From: Eledone cirrhosa
Lineage: Eukaryota
Length of the DNA: 64,000 bases
NCBI GenBank assembly: GCA_964016885.1
Contig: OZ024742.1
Coordinates: forward strand, 88,722,001-88,786,000
Direction: 5' to 3'
Below, in pieces: positions 1 through 14,080 of the stretch (the stretch's first letter is position 1; each line of letters begins with the position of its first letter). Both the position numbers and the translations under genes were made by a program. Below the pieces are notes generated by a model that worked only from the letters and a program-made list of their open reading frames with translations, did not search any database and had not been told where the DNA came from.

Positions 1-261
1 TTTGTATGTGTATATGTGTATAGGTATATACCTTTTTCTTTGTATGTCTGAGTTGTGTGAGAGTGTAGTGGTGTTTGTATGTATATACCGATATATGGAT
101 GCGTAAGTATTTGCGTGTATGTATGTATGTATGTCTGTATGTATTTGTGTGTATATATAGGTATGTATGTGTATATCTGTATGTATATAAGTATGTATGT
201 ATATGTGCGTGTATGTGTATATATATGTGTGTCTATATATGTATGTGTGATTATATGTGTA

Positions 262-294
<33 letters not shown>

Positions 295-382
295 TTATAT
301 GTATGTGTGTATATGTGTGTAGGTGTGTATATGTATATGTTTATATATGTGTGTGTATGTGTGTTCTAAGTGTAGATGTGTG

Positions 383-442
<60 letters not shown>

Positions 443-445
443 TAT
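1..445. repeat. Degenerate (TG/TA)n, (TATG)n microsatellite field
   Basis: Visible directly; it explains the YI/VC-rich ORFs here. Confidence 0.95.
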
Positions 446-1068
446 ATTTTCTTGATATATTTCTTTTTTCTTTTTTCTTTTTCTTTTCTTTCCTTTTTAA
501 TTTTTATTTTTTTTCTTAGTTTATAGATACATCTATAAATAAGCAGTCTGCCCAAACCGTTGAATACTGACCTCTCCCCCCCTCCCACCTAATTTCTGTA
601 TCTTGATCTAAATGTGTGTGGCAGTGTTTATGTGAGTGAATTAATATCCATGTGCTTATGATAATATTATATGCACATATATATATATGTGTGTGGGGGT
701 GTGTCTGCGTATGTATGTTCGTAATTATGTGTATGTTTATGCATATACGCGCGCGTGTGTGTGAGTGTACGGATATGTGTGAGTATGAGAATATGTGTAT
801 ACACTTATTTCATATTTATGTGTCTATACGCATCTTATCTGTGCATTATAAACTTACAGAGACATTAACCTTGACATTTTGTATTTGCATGCATCTTTTT
901 GGCATGCGTATGCATGTTGAGCATACATCTTTTTATAAATATGTGTACGGGGTAGTTACATGTATATACACACGCCAAACTGCATAAAACCTTTTGTATT
1001 TTCATTGGTCAATTTTGTTCCCAAACGGACCTGAAATTTTGAATTGTTGTTATTATCAATAAATATAT

Positions 1069-1223
1069 TTCATTATTTCTGAAGACGGCGTATATGTGTG
1101 TTTGGTATGTATATTTAATCTTGATAGTTTGTATAATTTTGTATAATTTTGTACATAGATCTGTTGAATATGCATGCCAATTCTAACACATATATATCCT
1201 AGAAACGATCGTTAAATAATGAA
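1069..1223 (+). ncRNA. Type I hammerhead ribozyme-like motif with long stem II
   Basis: Stem I ttcattattt (1069-1078) pairs with aaataatgaa (1214-1223). Core CTGAAGA at 1079, imperfect stem II tatatgtgtgttt...aacacatatata, GAAAC at 1202, palindromic stem III AACGATCGTT, site GTT. The base of stem II is degenerate. Confidence 0.65.
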
Positions 1224-1467
1224 CTTTTTTTGTTTAATATAAGGAACTGTTTCATTGTTTTATTCATTATTTGTTTAATATTTTATATATATATATATAT
1301 AAACGGAAAAAATGAAACGGAATTTCATTTCTCACTCTTAGTACGGCTGTTACTTAAATATAAGTATGTATACGTACATACATATATGTATACAGACGTA
1401 CAGTAGTATGTATATTTATATATATATATATATATACATACATGCACATATATATATATATACATAT

Positions 1468-1577
<110 letters not shown>

Positions 1578-1695
1578 GTATGGATTCACCGAACATTTAT
1601 TATAATACTCGGTGTGTTTGTAAACAAACATCCCGAATTAACCCGTACAGTGACTAGCAACCATCGTTGCTCACTTGTTAAACACTGACAAAGGA

Positions 1696-1738
1696 GCGCT
1701 GTACTAGTTTCAAGCTTATTAGCTATCGTCAGCAACGT
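1696..1738 (-). ncRNA. Minimal type I hammerhead ribozyme (family A)
   Basis: The reverse complement reads cgttg-CTGACGA-tagctaataagctt-GAAA-ctag-TA-cagcg. Confidence 0.75.
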
Positions 1739-1967
1739 ATACCTTCCTGCCAGATGGTTGAACGTCTGAAAGTATATACTTTCCTTATGCATATTAACGA
1801 CTGAGCAGCCTAATTTGCATATCGAGTGAGTTAATCGGCCGGGGTACCAAAAACGATAAACGGAAAATATAAAACAAAATGTCATCTATCACTGTTAGTA
1901 CGGCTGTTACTTAAATATAAGTATGTATACGTACATACATATATGTATAGAGACGTACAGTAGTATG

Positions 1968-2001
<34 letters not shown>

Positions 2002-2267
2002 CATACATGCACACATATATATATATGTACGTATGGATTCACCGAACATATATTATAATGGTCGGTGTGTTTGTAAACAAACATCCCGAATTAAGCCGTA
2101 CAGCTAATAATCTTGAAACTAGTACAGCGTTCCTTTGTCAGTGTTGAAGAAATGAGCAACGATGGTTGCTAGACACTGTACGGCTTAAATCGGGATCTTT
2201 GTTTACAAACACATCGAGCATTATAATAAATGTTCGGTGAATCCATACGTACATATATATATGTGTG

Positions 2268-2363
<96 letters not shown>

Positions 2364-2587
2364 CTACTCTACGTCTGTATACATATATGTATGTACGTAT
2401 ACATTCTTATATTTAAGTAACAGCCGTAGTAACAGTGAGAAATGAAATTTCGTTTCCTTTTTTCCGTTTATCGTTTTCGGTACCCCGGCCGATTAACTCA
2501 CTCGATATGCAAATTAGCTGCTCAGCTAGTAATATGCACGAGGAAAGTATATACTTTCAGACGTTCAACCAGTTGGCAGGAAGGTAT

Positions 2588-2630
2588 ACGTTGCTGACGA
2601 TAGCTAATAAGCTTGAAACTAGTACAGCGT
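2588..2630 (+). ncRNA. Minimal type I hammerhead ribozyme (family A)
   Basis: acgttg-CTGACGA-tagctaataagctt-GAAA-ctag-TA-cagcgt. Stem I is 6 bp, stem III is the palindrome ACTAGT, and the site is GUA. Confidence 0.8.
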
Positions 2631-2752
2631 TCCTTTGTCTGTGTTGAACAAATGAGCAACGATGTTTGCTAGACACTGTACTGCTTAATTCGGGATGTTT
2701 GTTTACAAACACACCGAGAATTATAATAAATGTTCAGTGAATATAAATACAT

Positions 2753-2909
2753 ATATTAGACATGCGCAACCGGTAAAGCTTAAAACCAAAGCTGAATACT
2801 AACCAATAATATTACTAATTTTTGCTTATTCCTAATTAAACTATTTTTCACTGGGAACATTTTGTCAGCATTTTCTTTTCCTTTTACCAATATATCATAA
2901 CTCGTGTTT

Positions 2910-2949
<40 letters not shown>

Positions 2950-3177
2950 TGTTCGTTTACGTTTAGGGTGTACACGTGTGTGTTTCTATTTCTTGGTGTG
3001 AGTGTATAAAATACAAATTCCAGGTTTTAATAGCAGTTACTACAAGTGGAGACATTCATGACACTATATAGTTTATCCCTTTCAAATGTGCTATCGTCGA
3101 CATTTTGTTACAGCTAAGGATTTTTTTGCCGATAAATTGCAGATTGAAGAAATGCAACATTTCTTTTTAAGCCAATA

Positions 3178-3261
<84 letters not shown>

Positions 3262-3945
3262 AGGAAAAGAGTCAGGACCCCGACAGCTGAGCTCCGACCG
3301 CTTTGACAGCTAAACCCGAAACTGTTCGGATTTAGCTGTCGTGGCATTTTTCCTAGTACACCATCTGCTACCCTAAATATCGTGTACTCATGTGCGTTAT
3401 AGTCCACCTGGTTCATTACCACATTTTCTTTGTTGTGTATATATATATATTTATATATGTAGCAGCGTAGCAGTAAATAGTGACCAGAATGTATTATCAC
3501 GTAGAAAAACAGCAGCCAATGCCATGACAAGAGTGGAAGATGTATTTTGAAGGTGTTTTTTGACGATAAAACTCCAGTGAAAAAATTTGCTCCAAAAGAA
3601 CCCCATGTGTCGAAGGAACCTGCAGCCGTAGAATCAGCCAGATCCATACAGTGATCATGTCTCGAGCTACCTGTCAGCGAAACAATCGTAACACGCAATA
3701 AACTGAGTCCAGATATATCACTCATTTTTCGTTTTCTTATACTATTCACTCTCTGCTCTGTAAGAATATTGAGTGGTAATTTTGGCATACCGCCTATGGA
3801 AGCACCCTAGCTACCATTATACACAAGTATATATATATATATATATATATTGGTAAAAGTTTAATTAGGAATAAGTAAAAATTAGTAATAGTATTGGTTA
3901 GTATTCAGTTTTTTTTAAAGTTTTACCGTTTGCCCATTTCTAATG
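2753..3945. repeat. Diverged ~85 bp inverted repeat pair (2753-2842 / 3858-3945)
   Basis: gctgaatactaaccaataatattactaatttttgcttattcctaattaaact matches the reverse complement of agtttaattaggaataagtaaaaattagtaatagtattggttagtattcagt. Confidence 0.75.
3260..3435 (+). repeat. Short GC-rich hairpin-bearing interspersed repeat (family H), copy 1
   Basis: Homologous to the reverse complement of 34872-35072 (aggaccccgac..gagctc; tgtgcgttat.gtccacctggttc.ttaccaca). Flanked by (TA)n. Confidence 0.75.
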
Positions 3946-3987
3946 CTTTTCAAAAATAATTTTGAGATAGAGCGCCCGTGATGTTTG

Positions 3988-4552
<565 letters not shown>

Positions 4553-5221
4553 CATAAATCATGTCTATAGAATCAATCAGATATTAAAATATATACTATT
4601 TCTTCCTCTAATTAGCATAATTAACCATATACATAATCAAATCTAGCAAGCTTTAAGAATAAATTTTTCTTACGGGGAAATCCCTGACAAACAATTGATC
4701 GTAGCCTCTTCGCGGCAGCTCCGTTCCACTATTTATCAAACATTTCGGCAGCATGCGGAATCCGATCAAATATACCATCAACCGCACATAATTAGTAATA
4801 AAATTAAACCTAGAAGAAATGCGCACATACTGTAATTATATCCCTACCATGGTTTCTTCCTTATTTAGGACATCCAGATAATATGGAAATACCCTGAGTT
4901 AGGTTTCATCAGAGGATAAACTCAGAATCAGACATTTATTTTCTCAATCCGACCGCGCAAATTTAGATTCAAAAATGGCTAAGATCGCTATGTAGCTGTG
5001 TACCAGCCAGAGATAAAGCGTGTGATTGGTTGCTTACGGCGGGTAGGCTTGCTGCTAGAAAGCGCAGCCATATATCGCCAAATTTAATCTCAACCAATTG
5101 GGAGATTATGATATAATGCTCTGATTTTTAGATTTTAATTTATTAATTCTTCATTGAGATTAAAAGTGAACAGTTGCAACATATATATATATCTTTGATT
5201 TAATTTTATGTATATGATAAC

Positions 5222-5300
<79 letters not shown>

Positions 5301-5505
5301 TGTTATACTTGGGGAGGGTCATATTTGTGTAATATTGCCAGAAGTAATAACAGAACACACTCACTGTTTGGTTGGTTTTCGTTTTTTGCTTCTGTGTCTT
5401 TTATATCGGTAATCTAATTTATTCGGTCCTCAATGTTGCCATTGACTGACCGACAGTCAAAAATAATACAGATACAATATAGACACAAACACATATATAT
5501 AGTTT

Positions 5506-5547
5506 ATCAAAGTTCTTTCGTTGCACATCTGCAACATCGTCAGTGGT
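5506..5547 (-). ncRNA. Minimal hammerhead ribozyme-like motif (PLE terminal remnant)
   Basis: The reverse complement reads acca-CTGACGA-t-GTTGCA-gatg-TGCAAC-GAAA-gaac-TT-tgat. Stem II is a perfect 6 bp and stem I is weak. Confidence 0.6.
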
Positions 5548-5856
5548 GCCATTTTTTCCTCCCGTTACATTAGTCTGTCTATATATTTATTTATTTATTT
5601 ATTTTTTAATTTTAATTTTATTTTGTCTTCTATATGTATATATATATATTACGTTTCTGAATTTGTTTAGCAAGATTCTTTATCTGAAATCGTGCGTTGA
5701 AACCGATATTGTTATACTTTGGGAGGGTCATGTTGCCAATAAGAAACACATGCACCAGTTGCTTTCACTCCAATTTATTATATATTTATAAATTTATAAA
5801 TTTATAAATTTCTGGTTGGTTGGTTGGTTCCACAACCAGATAGTTGTTTATATATA

Positions 5857-5899
5857 GTCATAGTTCTTTCGTCACACACTCTGTGACCTCTTCAGTGAC
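5857..5899 (-). ncRNA. Minimal hammerhead-like motif in the inverted PLE arm
   Basis: The reverse complement reads gtca-CTGAAGA-g-GTCAC-agagtgt-GTGAC-GAAA-gaac-TA-tgac. Confidence 0.65.
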
Positions 5900-6306
5900 A
5901 GGGGATTCCTTTCTTTGTTTATGTGCCTCTCCTTTGTTCTGTCCTACGCCATTTTGTTTCTGTGTGTGTGTTGTGTGCTCAGTCAGCGCATGTGCCACAT
6001 CCGGGAGTCTGTGTGTGTTTATGTTCATTTATTTATTTGTTTAATTACATGTTACTGGTTGGTTGTTTGTTCTATGTGTGTGTGTGTTTTCATTTTGTCC
6101 TTAATTGTAAGTTCCACTCATATTTTCTATTTAATTTTGGTTGTAATTCTTTTATGTTAAATGCCTCTGTAATTTGTCTAAACATTGCGTTTTTCTGTGT
6201 GTAGATTCCATTTTTATTTCTATGTTCTCTAATTTACCCTTGTGTTCTATCTTAGCATGTTGGTAGAGTACAGATGATTCTTTATTATCGTGAAGGTCTC
6301 TCCGTC

Positions 6307-6734
6307 AAAAAATACTTATTAGCAAGACATACCCTTTTCAAAGACCCTCATGTATAGATAAGAAATGTATAACCTGTAAAATAAGCCCCCATATTAACTG
6401 TAAAACTAGAAATGTAGTGTATAGCATAAGATGTACTGAAGGACAATGTAGAGAAAAAAATATAGTGTACATAGGTGAGACAGCTCGTAGTGTAGGGGAA
6501 CGGATAAATGAACACTGGAGAGACCTTCAAGATAATAAAGAATCATCTGTACTCTACCAACATGCTAAGATAGAACACAAGGGTAAATTAGAGAACATAG
6601 AAATAAAAATAGAATCTACACACAGAAAAGACGCAATGTTTAGACAAATTACAGAGGCAATAAACATAAAAGAATTACAACCAAAATTAAATAGAAAATA
6701 TCAGTGGAACAGCAACATCACAACTTACAATTAA
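6307..6734 (+). pseudogene. PLE GIY-YIG endonuclease domain (5'-truncated ORF)
   Basis: CIDKKCITC..CKTRNVVYSIRC...VYIGETARSVGERINEH...LYQH...H...RQITEAINI...PKLN. Confidence 0.9.
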
Positions 6735-6980
6735 GGACAACATGAAAACACACACACACATAGAACAAACAACCAACCAACAATAAATAAATAAATACAT
6801 AAACAAATAGATAAATGAACAAACAACCAACCAGTAACATGTAAATAATCAAATAAATAAATGAACATAAACACACACAGACACCCGGGTGTGGCGCATG
6901 CGCAGACTGAGCACACAACACAAACAAAATGGCGTAGGACAGAACAAAGGAGAGGCACAGAAACAAAGAAAGGAATCCCC

Positions 6981-7025
6981 AGTCGCTGAAGAGGTGACAT
7001 AGTGTGTGACGAAATAACTATGACT
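6981..7025 (+). ncRNA. Minimal hammerhead-like motif in the PLE 3' UTR (degenerate)
   Basis: agtcg-CTGAAGA-ggtgacatagtgtgtgac-GAAA-taac-TA-tgact. Confidence 0.55.
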
Positions 7026-7150
7026 ATATTTAAACAACTATCTGGTTGTCGAACCAAACAACCAACCAGAAATTTATAAATATATAATAAATTGAAGTGA
7101 AAGCAACTGGTGCGTGTGTTTCTTAATGGCAACATGACCCTTCCAACGTA

Positions 7151-7186
<36 letters not shown>

Positions 7187-7209
7187 TGTGTGTGTGTCTG
7201 TATATATGT

Positions 7210-7330
<121 letters not shown>

Positions 7331-7344
7331 GATAAGAAGATATC

Positions 7345-8150
7345 GTTTAAGTTAATTTTATTTATATGTTAAAGATTCTATGGTATGTGTGTGGTTTATG
7401 GAAGTGATTATCGATTAATTTAAAGAATATAGAAGGTAGGTTGGTCCTTATAAAGGAGTTGAAAATTAGATTGAACCACAAATACTTCTTAATTCTGGGT
7501 TTCCTAACATACACCGTAACATCAGACACAAAACGCAACCGCATAACAGCATCACAATCACCCGCACGTCAGTATGTCACAACAAAACACCAACAGACCC
7601 AAATCCCAGCATGTCTCAATCAACATATCGAACTACGACGAGGAACCTGCACATAGGAAGGCCTCCAAATGTAACTTCCACCTTCCTGATAAATGCCCAC
7701 TACGGAATAGATGCCTGGTGTCCAGTATGGTATACCTATGCACTATTAAGTCTGGCAATCTGGCATGTCACTACATATGTTGTACGGATGGTGACTTCAA
7801 GAAACGATGGTATGTGCATCGACACTCCATAAAAAAACGAAAACTCAGTAACAAAACAACGCTGGCCAATAAAATCTGGCGGCTTAAGGGCAATAATCAA
7901 AGATATGAAATTAGCTAGTCGAAGTTATCATATGCAAAAGCCTACACGAACGGGATGTCCCATTGTGGACTCTGCAATATGCAGCTACTCCATATTCTAC
8001 AATGTAACAAAATGCTGCTCAACAGCAAGATCGAGCGGGCAATTTTCTGTACGCACAAACCTTCACTATATTCTCTAACTACAAACCAATACGAGCATGA
8101 TTCGATCCGGCAATCTCACTATCCATACAAAACTACCCTGATTTAAAACA
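7345..8150 (+). mobile_element. Penelope-like fragment: GIY-YIG (+) with an inverted upstream segment (-)
   Basis: ORF 7574-7918 reads KCNF...KCPLRNRCLVSSMVY...HYICCTDGDFKKRW..HRHS....TTLANKIWRLK. Minus ORF 7362-7544 (YLWFNLIFNSFIRTNLPSIFFKLIDNHF..PHTYHRIFN) resembles VLWFHPPYS..SNIPRIFFEALEKNFPPNHRYRKILN in the 23.5-26.8 kb PLE. Confidence 0.85.
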
Positions 8151-8552
8151 TCTGCTTTACTGACGCCAACAAACCAATTTTACACATCCTTACTATTATT
8201 GACTATCAGTTGACTAAACGGACATTAAATCAATCGACGCTCAGCTTTTTTATAGACACACCCTCTCATAAACAGCACTACCATCAATCTACACTTCCAT
8301 TAGGATAATACTTTCGAAATAGTCCAACCTTATTCTCACCCGTTTGTTATCATTATCTTTTTTTATTTTTTTTTTTATTTTTTTTTTTTTATTTTATATT
8401 CCGCTGATTCATCTATTTAACCCATCTCTCCCCCCACATTATTTGAATGTCACCACTACCCGATCATCCCATTTTATTACTCTGACCAGTATCCCCCTTA
8501 TCATATCATCTCTTCATACCACTTCCCTCACTTTCTCCATTCTATTATTATA

Positions 8553-8695
8553 CCGCCGAGGTTAACTTTGCCTTTCATCCTTACGGGGTCGTTAAAATAA
8601 AGTACCAGTAACGCACTGGGGGCGATTTAATCTTTCCCTTCCCCCAAATTGCCGGCCTTGTGCCTAAATGAGAAACAATTAATGTTATTATTATT
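8553..8695 (+). mobile_element. SINE, 5'-truncated (MetaSINE-like core)
   Basis: ccgccgaggttaactttgcctttcatccttacggggtcg..aaaataaagtaccag is shared with ~10 other copies; TTA tail. Confidence 0.85.
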
Positions 8696-8927
8696 GTTGT
8701 TGTTTTCATTTATGTCATCCTCCCATGTATCTATAAATACTAGCGCATTGTATCATGTACACAAATCAGTATTCTGACTATTTTGTCAGGTATCGACTGT
8801 AATTAAAGTCGAGTGACGTGACTTCTAACGATCAGCGACTTATAGATACACCGGACTAATGAAACAATTGTTAATACATTAAATAAACCTTATTGTACAG
8901 CCGACCATGTTATTCTTCATTCTTTTA

Positions 8928-8928
8928 C

Positions 8929-8979
<51 letters not shown>

Positions 8980-9100
8980 GTGTGTGTGTATGTGTGTGTG
9001 CGTGTATGCGTGTGTGTGTGTATGTGTGTGTGTGTATGTGTGTGTGTGTGTGTGTGCGTGTGTGTGTGTCTGTTTGTATGTATATATATATATATATATA
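8928..9100. repeat. (TA)n-(TG)n compound microsatellite
   Basis: Visible directly. Confidence 0.95.
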
Positions 9101-11847
9101 CTTATACACTATATACATACATAAATTGGCGGTATTTTTTTAAGCTATTTTGCGTCATAACAAACTAGTGAAACTAAACTTGATAAAAGGCATTCTATCT
9201 ATAGACTAACTTTTCGATATATGTGTGTGTGTGTGTATGTGTGAGTGTGTGTGTGTGCGTGTGTGTGTGTTTTCTTTAGGAGCACAATGTTGCCAATTAA
9301 AATACATACACATTTATTTTTAATCAATTGTATAATCAACTAATTAATCTTTACTCTGTGTCCTGAATCTCCCCTGACATTCACTCTATAACACAATGCT
9401 ATTTGAATCAGTCTCTCTCTTTTTTAATACAATGTAGGCGCAAAATATTCCTTGAATATAACCTGTTTTTGTTTATGTTACCGAGGTTAGCTGGTCTTTC
9501 GTATTAATTCTAAATTTATTGTACAATCTTTAATTGCACATTAATTTAAATTATATCTCCATAGATAATTTTATTTAGAAAAAACATGTCATTACCTGGC
9601 TGTGTATTCTATGTGTAGCCCTTTCTTATGCAAGTCGTTTTACGTTAATTACATTATTTTACTATACGAACAGATACATAATAAACAAATTATATATATA
9701 TATATATATATGGAATTCCGATTACAGGCGAATGCACTTATGTGTATTTCACTTCTTAGTGGTAGGATCGAAACAAAATCCAAGTGCTATTGCTTGTGAT
9801 TGTCAAAAACAAATATCTATACAATTTCTAGAAATTATGTATTAATCTGACAAAAGTAATTTGTATGCAAAGGGAAGATTTCAGTCTTTCACTGATATCA
9901 ATGTTATTGATTAGTATGTACCCATTACATTCGTGGTGAGTGCATTGACGATGTAGTTCATTATGTGTAAATTGGATTGTAAAGAAATGACTACAGTGTG
10001 ATTTATGACAAAACATCTTCGAGTGTTATTTTCATATCTTATTTGCTGATAACATAACCCTGATTAAGATTACAGCAACCATAGATATAAAAGCGTTATC
10101 CTGTAATTAACCATATCTAACATAATCTGATGACACATTTTTTGTCGGTGGCTGCTTGAGGATAAATGTAAGTGATTATTATTTGAATGACGAAATACTA
10201 AGTAAACGGTGGCAGAATTTCAAACCAGAACGTGAAGTAATGTACTTTAAAAAATCACAAGATATTTTGTTTATCACTCTTCAAATGTTATGACTTCTGC
10301 AATCCAAGCAACTTTTGAATTGTAACCAATAACGACAACCATTTACATCTAAGTTGTTTCAATCAGACGTGACAAATGTCCGTATACTAATGCGCCGTCT
10401 GGAGTAGATGATGAAATGTAAGCTGTTCGATCAGCAGGCCGACAGTCTTCCGCTTCGATTATAGTTATCTGATGAATAGACTATAACTCAGTATAACGTC
10501 ATTATGTCATTGTTCGTGTTGCAGCAAATCGGCTGATAGTGTCTGTCATCAATTAAACATTAGATGTTTTAGTAAGGAAACAGTCTGATATTTATCTAGG
10601 TAGCAGTTTCTCACTCTTCAGGGATTTTGAAACACGGGGGACGGCGTTGTGTATATATCAACTCTAAACAAATTGCTAAACTCTAATATTTAGAATGTGA
10701 TACTTTTATAAGTAACTAACCAGTCTGAGAAAAATTAGGTTCCTCTGTAGAATGTAGTTTATTGAATTTAACAAAGATATAGTAAAATTATGTATGAGTT
10801 CATGTTGAATATGACGCTATGGTTTATTTCATCTTGTTTTTATCATAATTTTCGTATCTTTGCAAGTGGGAACTTCAAACATTCGTAGCATTTTTAATGA
10901 ATCATAGATAACATTTATCATAAACAAGATCAAATATCAAATAGAATATATTATGTGTATGGGATAGAAGAAATACCCAGTAAATCAGTCAGACAGTGGT
11001 AGTTAATTTGAGATTCGCGAAAGAAAAAAATACAGTGCAGCAAATTGGCAAGAACATTTGCCAAGTGAAAAAATAAGAATGAAAATAAGCTGTTCTTGCC
11101 CATTAGTTTATTTTATTCTCTCAACTTCTTTTGTTTACAAATATATTCTATGCACACATACACAAGATGGATGCCATCCAATGTGTATATCGCCCTACCT
11201 CAGAGTTCCGTTTATTGCTGTGGTTGTTGCCGTCGTCTGTTGTAATCGTTGTTGTTGTTAGCGGGGTATTACTATCACTACGACTGCTACGGCCAGTGTA
11301 GGTGATGTTGGTCGGTGTTTCCTGTAGTTGTCGTTATTGTATTTGTATGAGTTGTCTTGAATGTGGCGGTCAACAAAATATATACCTCACCATCCCTCAG
11401 AATTCCGTTTATTGCTTGCACTATCTACTGGATTCTGGCTACACATAAATATTGTTTGATCAACACAACATACTTGAGGGGTTACCTTTCTGCTAATTTG
11501 CGACCTCAATTCCGTGGGGGATGCGTGAATCCTGATTTCGCAAATTGGCACGAGGATATCACTTTACTCCAGTAAATACGAATGCTGGGACACCCTTTCC
11601 GGAACTCATATGTCTGCTGGATGCACAAGCAGAAGGACGTGTATTTTTTTCCTGCCGGCGGCATATCACAACATCGAATTCCATCTGAGGATATCGCTCT
11701 AATAACAGCAACCGTTGGAATACTTATAATGAATAAACGATTTATGTAACATCAGCATGCTTATTAATGTTATTATTATTATTAAATATATATATATATA
11801 TATAGTGACGAAACATAGTCAATTGCATGAACTCATAATCTTTTATT

Positions 11848-11907
11848 TACTGCTATATATATTTCGATGATACCCATTGAATGGCTGTAACCTCATTAGG
11901 CTGTTAG
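11848..11907 (-). ncRNA. Degenerate hammerhead-like motif
   Basis: The reverse complement reads acagc-CTAATGA-ggttacagccattcaatgggtatcatc-GAAA-tatata-TA-gcagt. Core G5 is mutated, so it is probably inactive. Confidence 0.4.
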
Positions 11908-13189
11908 TCAGTTCTTAGATATGCCAGTTCTGTGTTTATAGTGTTGGTGGTATCAGAGCCTTGGGACATATCATATATCATATATACATATATATATAAA
12001 TATTCAATATATAGAATAGTAGGTAATAATAGTACACATTGCGTAAATTGGCGTAGGACCGTCTCATCAATTGGAGGTCGCCTCCGCGTTTAGGAAAGAC
12101 ACGAAATGGCGTGCTAAGCTCTCAATTTCTTGTGGCATGTGATAGTAGCAGTAAACCCTTTAGTGACACATGACCTCACATAAAGAGGAGGTCAGCCATG
12201 TCTGACCAAACAGGGAATCGCGTTGGCAAAACAATTCACATCGGAAATTATGATTATTGCCACAAGCACACAAGCAGTGTGTTTTCAAAGAGAAAAAATA
12301 TTCAGCAATAAAAAATAAATTGTAGTAATTAAAATAACCCTATATTAATTCAATACATGTAAGTGTGGTAAAGATTGATTTTACATGGATAACGATTGAC
12401 AGAGACTTCGAAGATTCACATGTCGGTCACTTCTAGCGTAGGACGAAGCCTATTAGAGGCGAATTTCCATATTTACTGCAAAATGTTATTCTTGTAAAAA
12501 ATATCGATGTTTATAATGGAGTAATATAGAGAGAGTCGTGTGAAAAATATAGATTTGTGTGCATTGTATGCATCAGTGTGACTTTGTGACGGCGTCTGTA
12601 TGTATGTGTGCGTGTGCATATGTGTTCAAGAGATGCAAAAGAACGAAATTAGTCCGGAGGATGTGATTTCATTAAAAACGTGAAAATGGACTGAATCACT
12701 TCTCGGAAAGCAAATTAAAACTGACAAATAAAAAAATCTGCCAGAAATCATCTTTGAATTTAATCTTCTTAAACTGAGGGAGAATGCTTCAGAGAAATAT
12801 TCTCGACTCGTGCTCGTGTGGCTGTATGTATATTAAAGATATACACATACATGTGTGTGTTATCTGTGTTCGTGTGATCATATATATATATATATATATA
12901 CAGACAGACACACGCGTGCATACATATATCTTTATCATATATAGGAAGGTCATCTACAGGATTAAAATTGTTTCGTTCGTATGAAATCATCAGGAGGAAA
13001 AGGAATGACAGAATGAGTAACAGAGAGATAGATGTTATTCAAGTATATAGTATGATACCACCCCACAAGCTCATGAACATAAACAATATATCCCTTGAAA
13101 TATTATCATTACTTGAATATATATACACAAGTAATGATAATATTTCAAGGGATACATCGTGTATTTTCGTGATATTATTAAACTTTCAC

Positions 13190-14080
13190 TTCGTCAATAA
13201 AATGAGCACATGCAACTTCACATTTGAGCTGAAGTCTCCCCCATTCTTGGAAGACCAGCTCCTCGTCCTTTTTCTGCAGTCGAATCAGGAATTTCGACGA
13301 TGCGCCCTTCAGATACTTTGTTGACTTGAATCTGATTCCCTGCGGTTGTTATTTATTCATGCCTGGGAACAGGAGATATGTCGAAGCTGTAGGATAGATT
13401 TTTAACCACTTTTATTCCGCAGTTGGCCATCCCGATATTGGCGTATAGTATGTAGCCTTTCCTTCCACAACTCCACCCCTGAATCGTTTCAGAACTTCGG
13501 GGTAATACTACTTATTTACAGTTTGAATATCAGGAATACATTCAATGTGAATGAACCCATGGGTGTCAAAGAGAGAAAGAATTATTGCCTTCTATTGTGA
13601 CCTATTCATATTTGCCTCTTTTCGCCTGGTGAGGAAACGAGCTTCCAATGTGCACTTAGGTGTTTACTCTCAGGTGAATACATAACTCTCGTCACAATTC
13701 ACAACCTTATTCAGGAAAACAGAATCAGCCTCTAGCATATCGAGAATGTCAGTGTAGCATTCCATATGAAACTCCTCTGGGCGTTTGGCACATACATTGT
13801 GAATTCTAGACCTCTAGATCTTTGATTAGACTTTTTCTCCAATGCCAATACTAGTAACAATAGCTTCAGGCATCATTGTATCGGTAGTTTGAGGGTCTTG
13901 CATCAGTACTTATCTCATTTCCTCAATGATTTCCTAATGTCCTGCGCTGTTCGGTGCTCCAAATCTGCGTTTTTCTTCAACCTCTTCATTTCCTTTAGAA
14001 AATCGTTTGAACTATTTGTGAAAATTTGTTTTGCTCATCTAAAATTCCATGGATTTCTTGCTTGGTTTCATTGCGTTTAA
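13190..14080 (-). mobile_element. Degenerate mariner-type transposase relic
   Basis: Minus-strand fragments VVNCDESY (cf. VTGDESW) and GIRFKS...VFQEWGRLQLKC; many stops and frameshifts. Confidence 0.65.

Larger units (their letters stand above)
5707..7155 (+). mobile_element. 5'-truncated Penelope-like element with an inverted copy of its 3' end
   Basis: The sense part 6304-7155 encodes a Cys-rich linker plus GIY-YIG. 5707-6303 is the reverse complement of ~6520-7155. Both arms carry an HHR motif. Confidence 0.9.

Noticed and set aside
3114-3788. 224-aa minus-strand ORF
   Set aside because: It runs through TA tracts and a family H repeat and has no recognisable domain.
4890-4930. CTGATGA (minus) within a ctgagtt/aactcag hairpin
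   Set aside because: There is no downstream GAAA or stem III.
11190-11720. Possible minus-strand exons (GT donors, duplicated cctcaga.ttccgtttattgct)
   Set aside because: There is no convincing acceptor and no recognisable protein; RNA-seq is needed.
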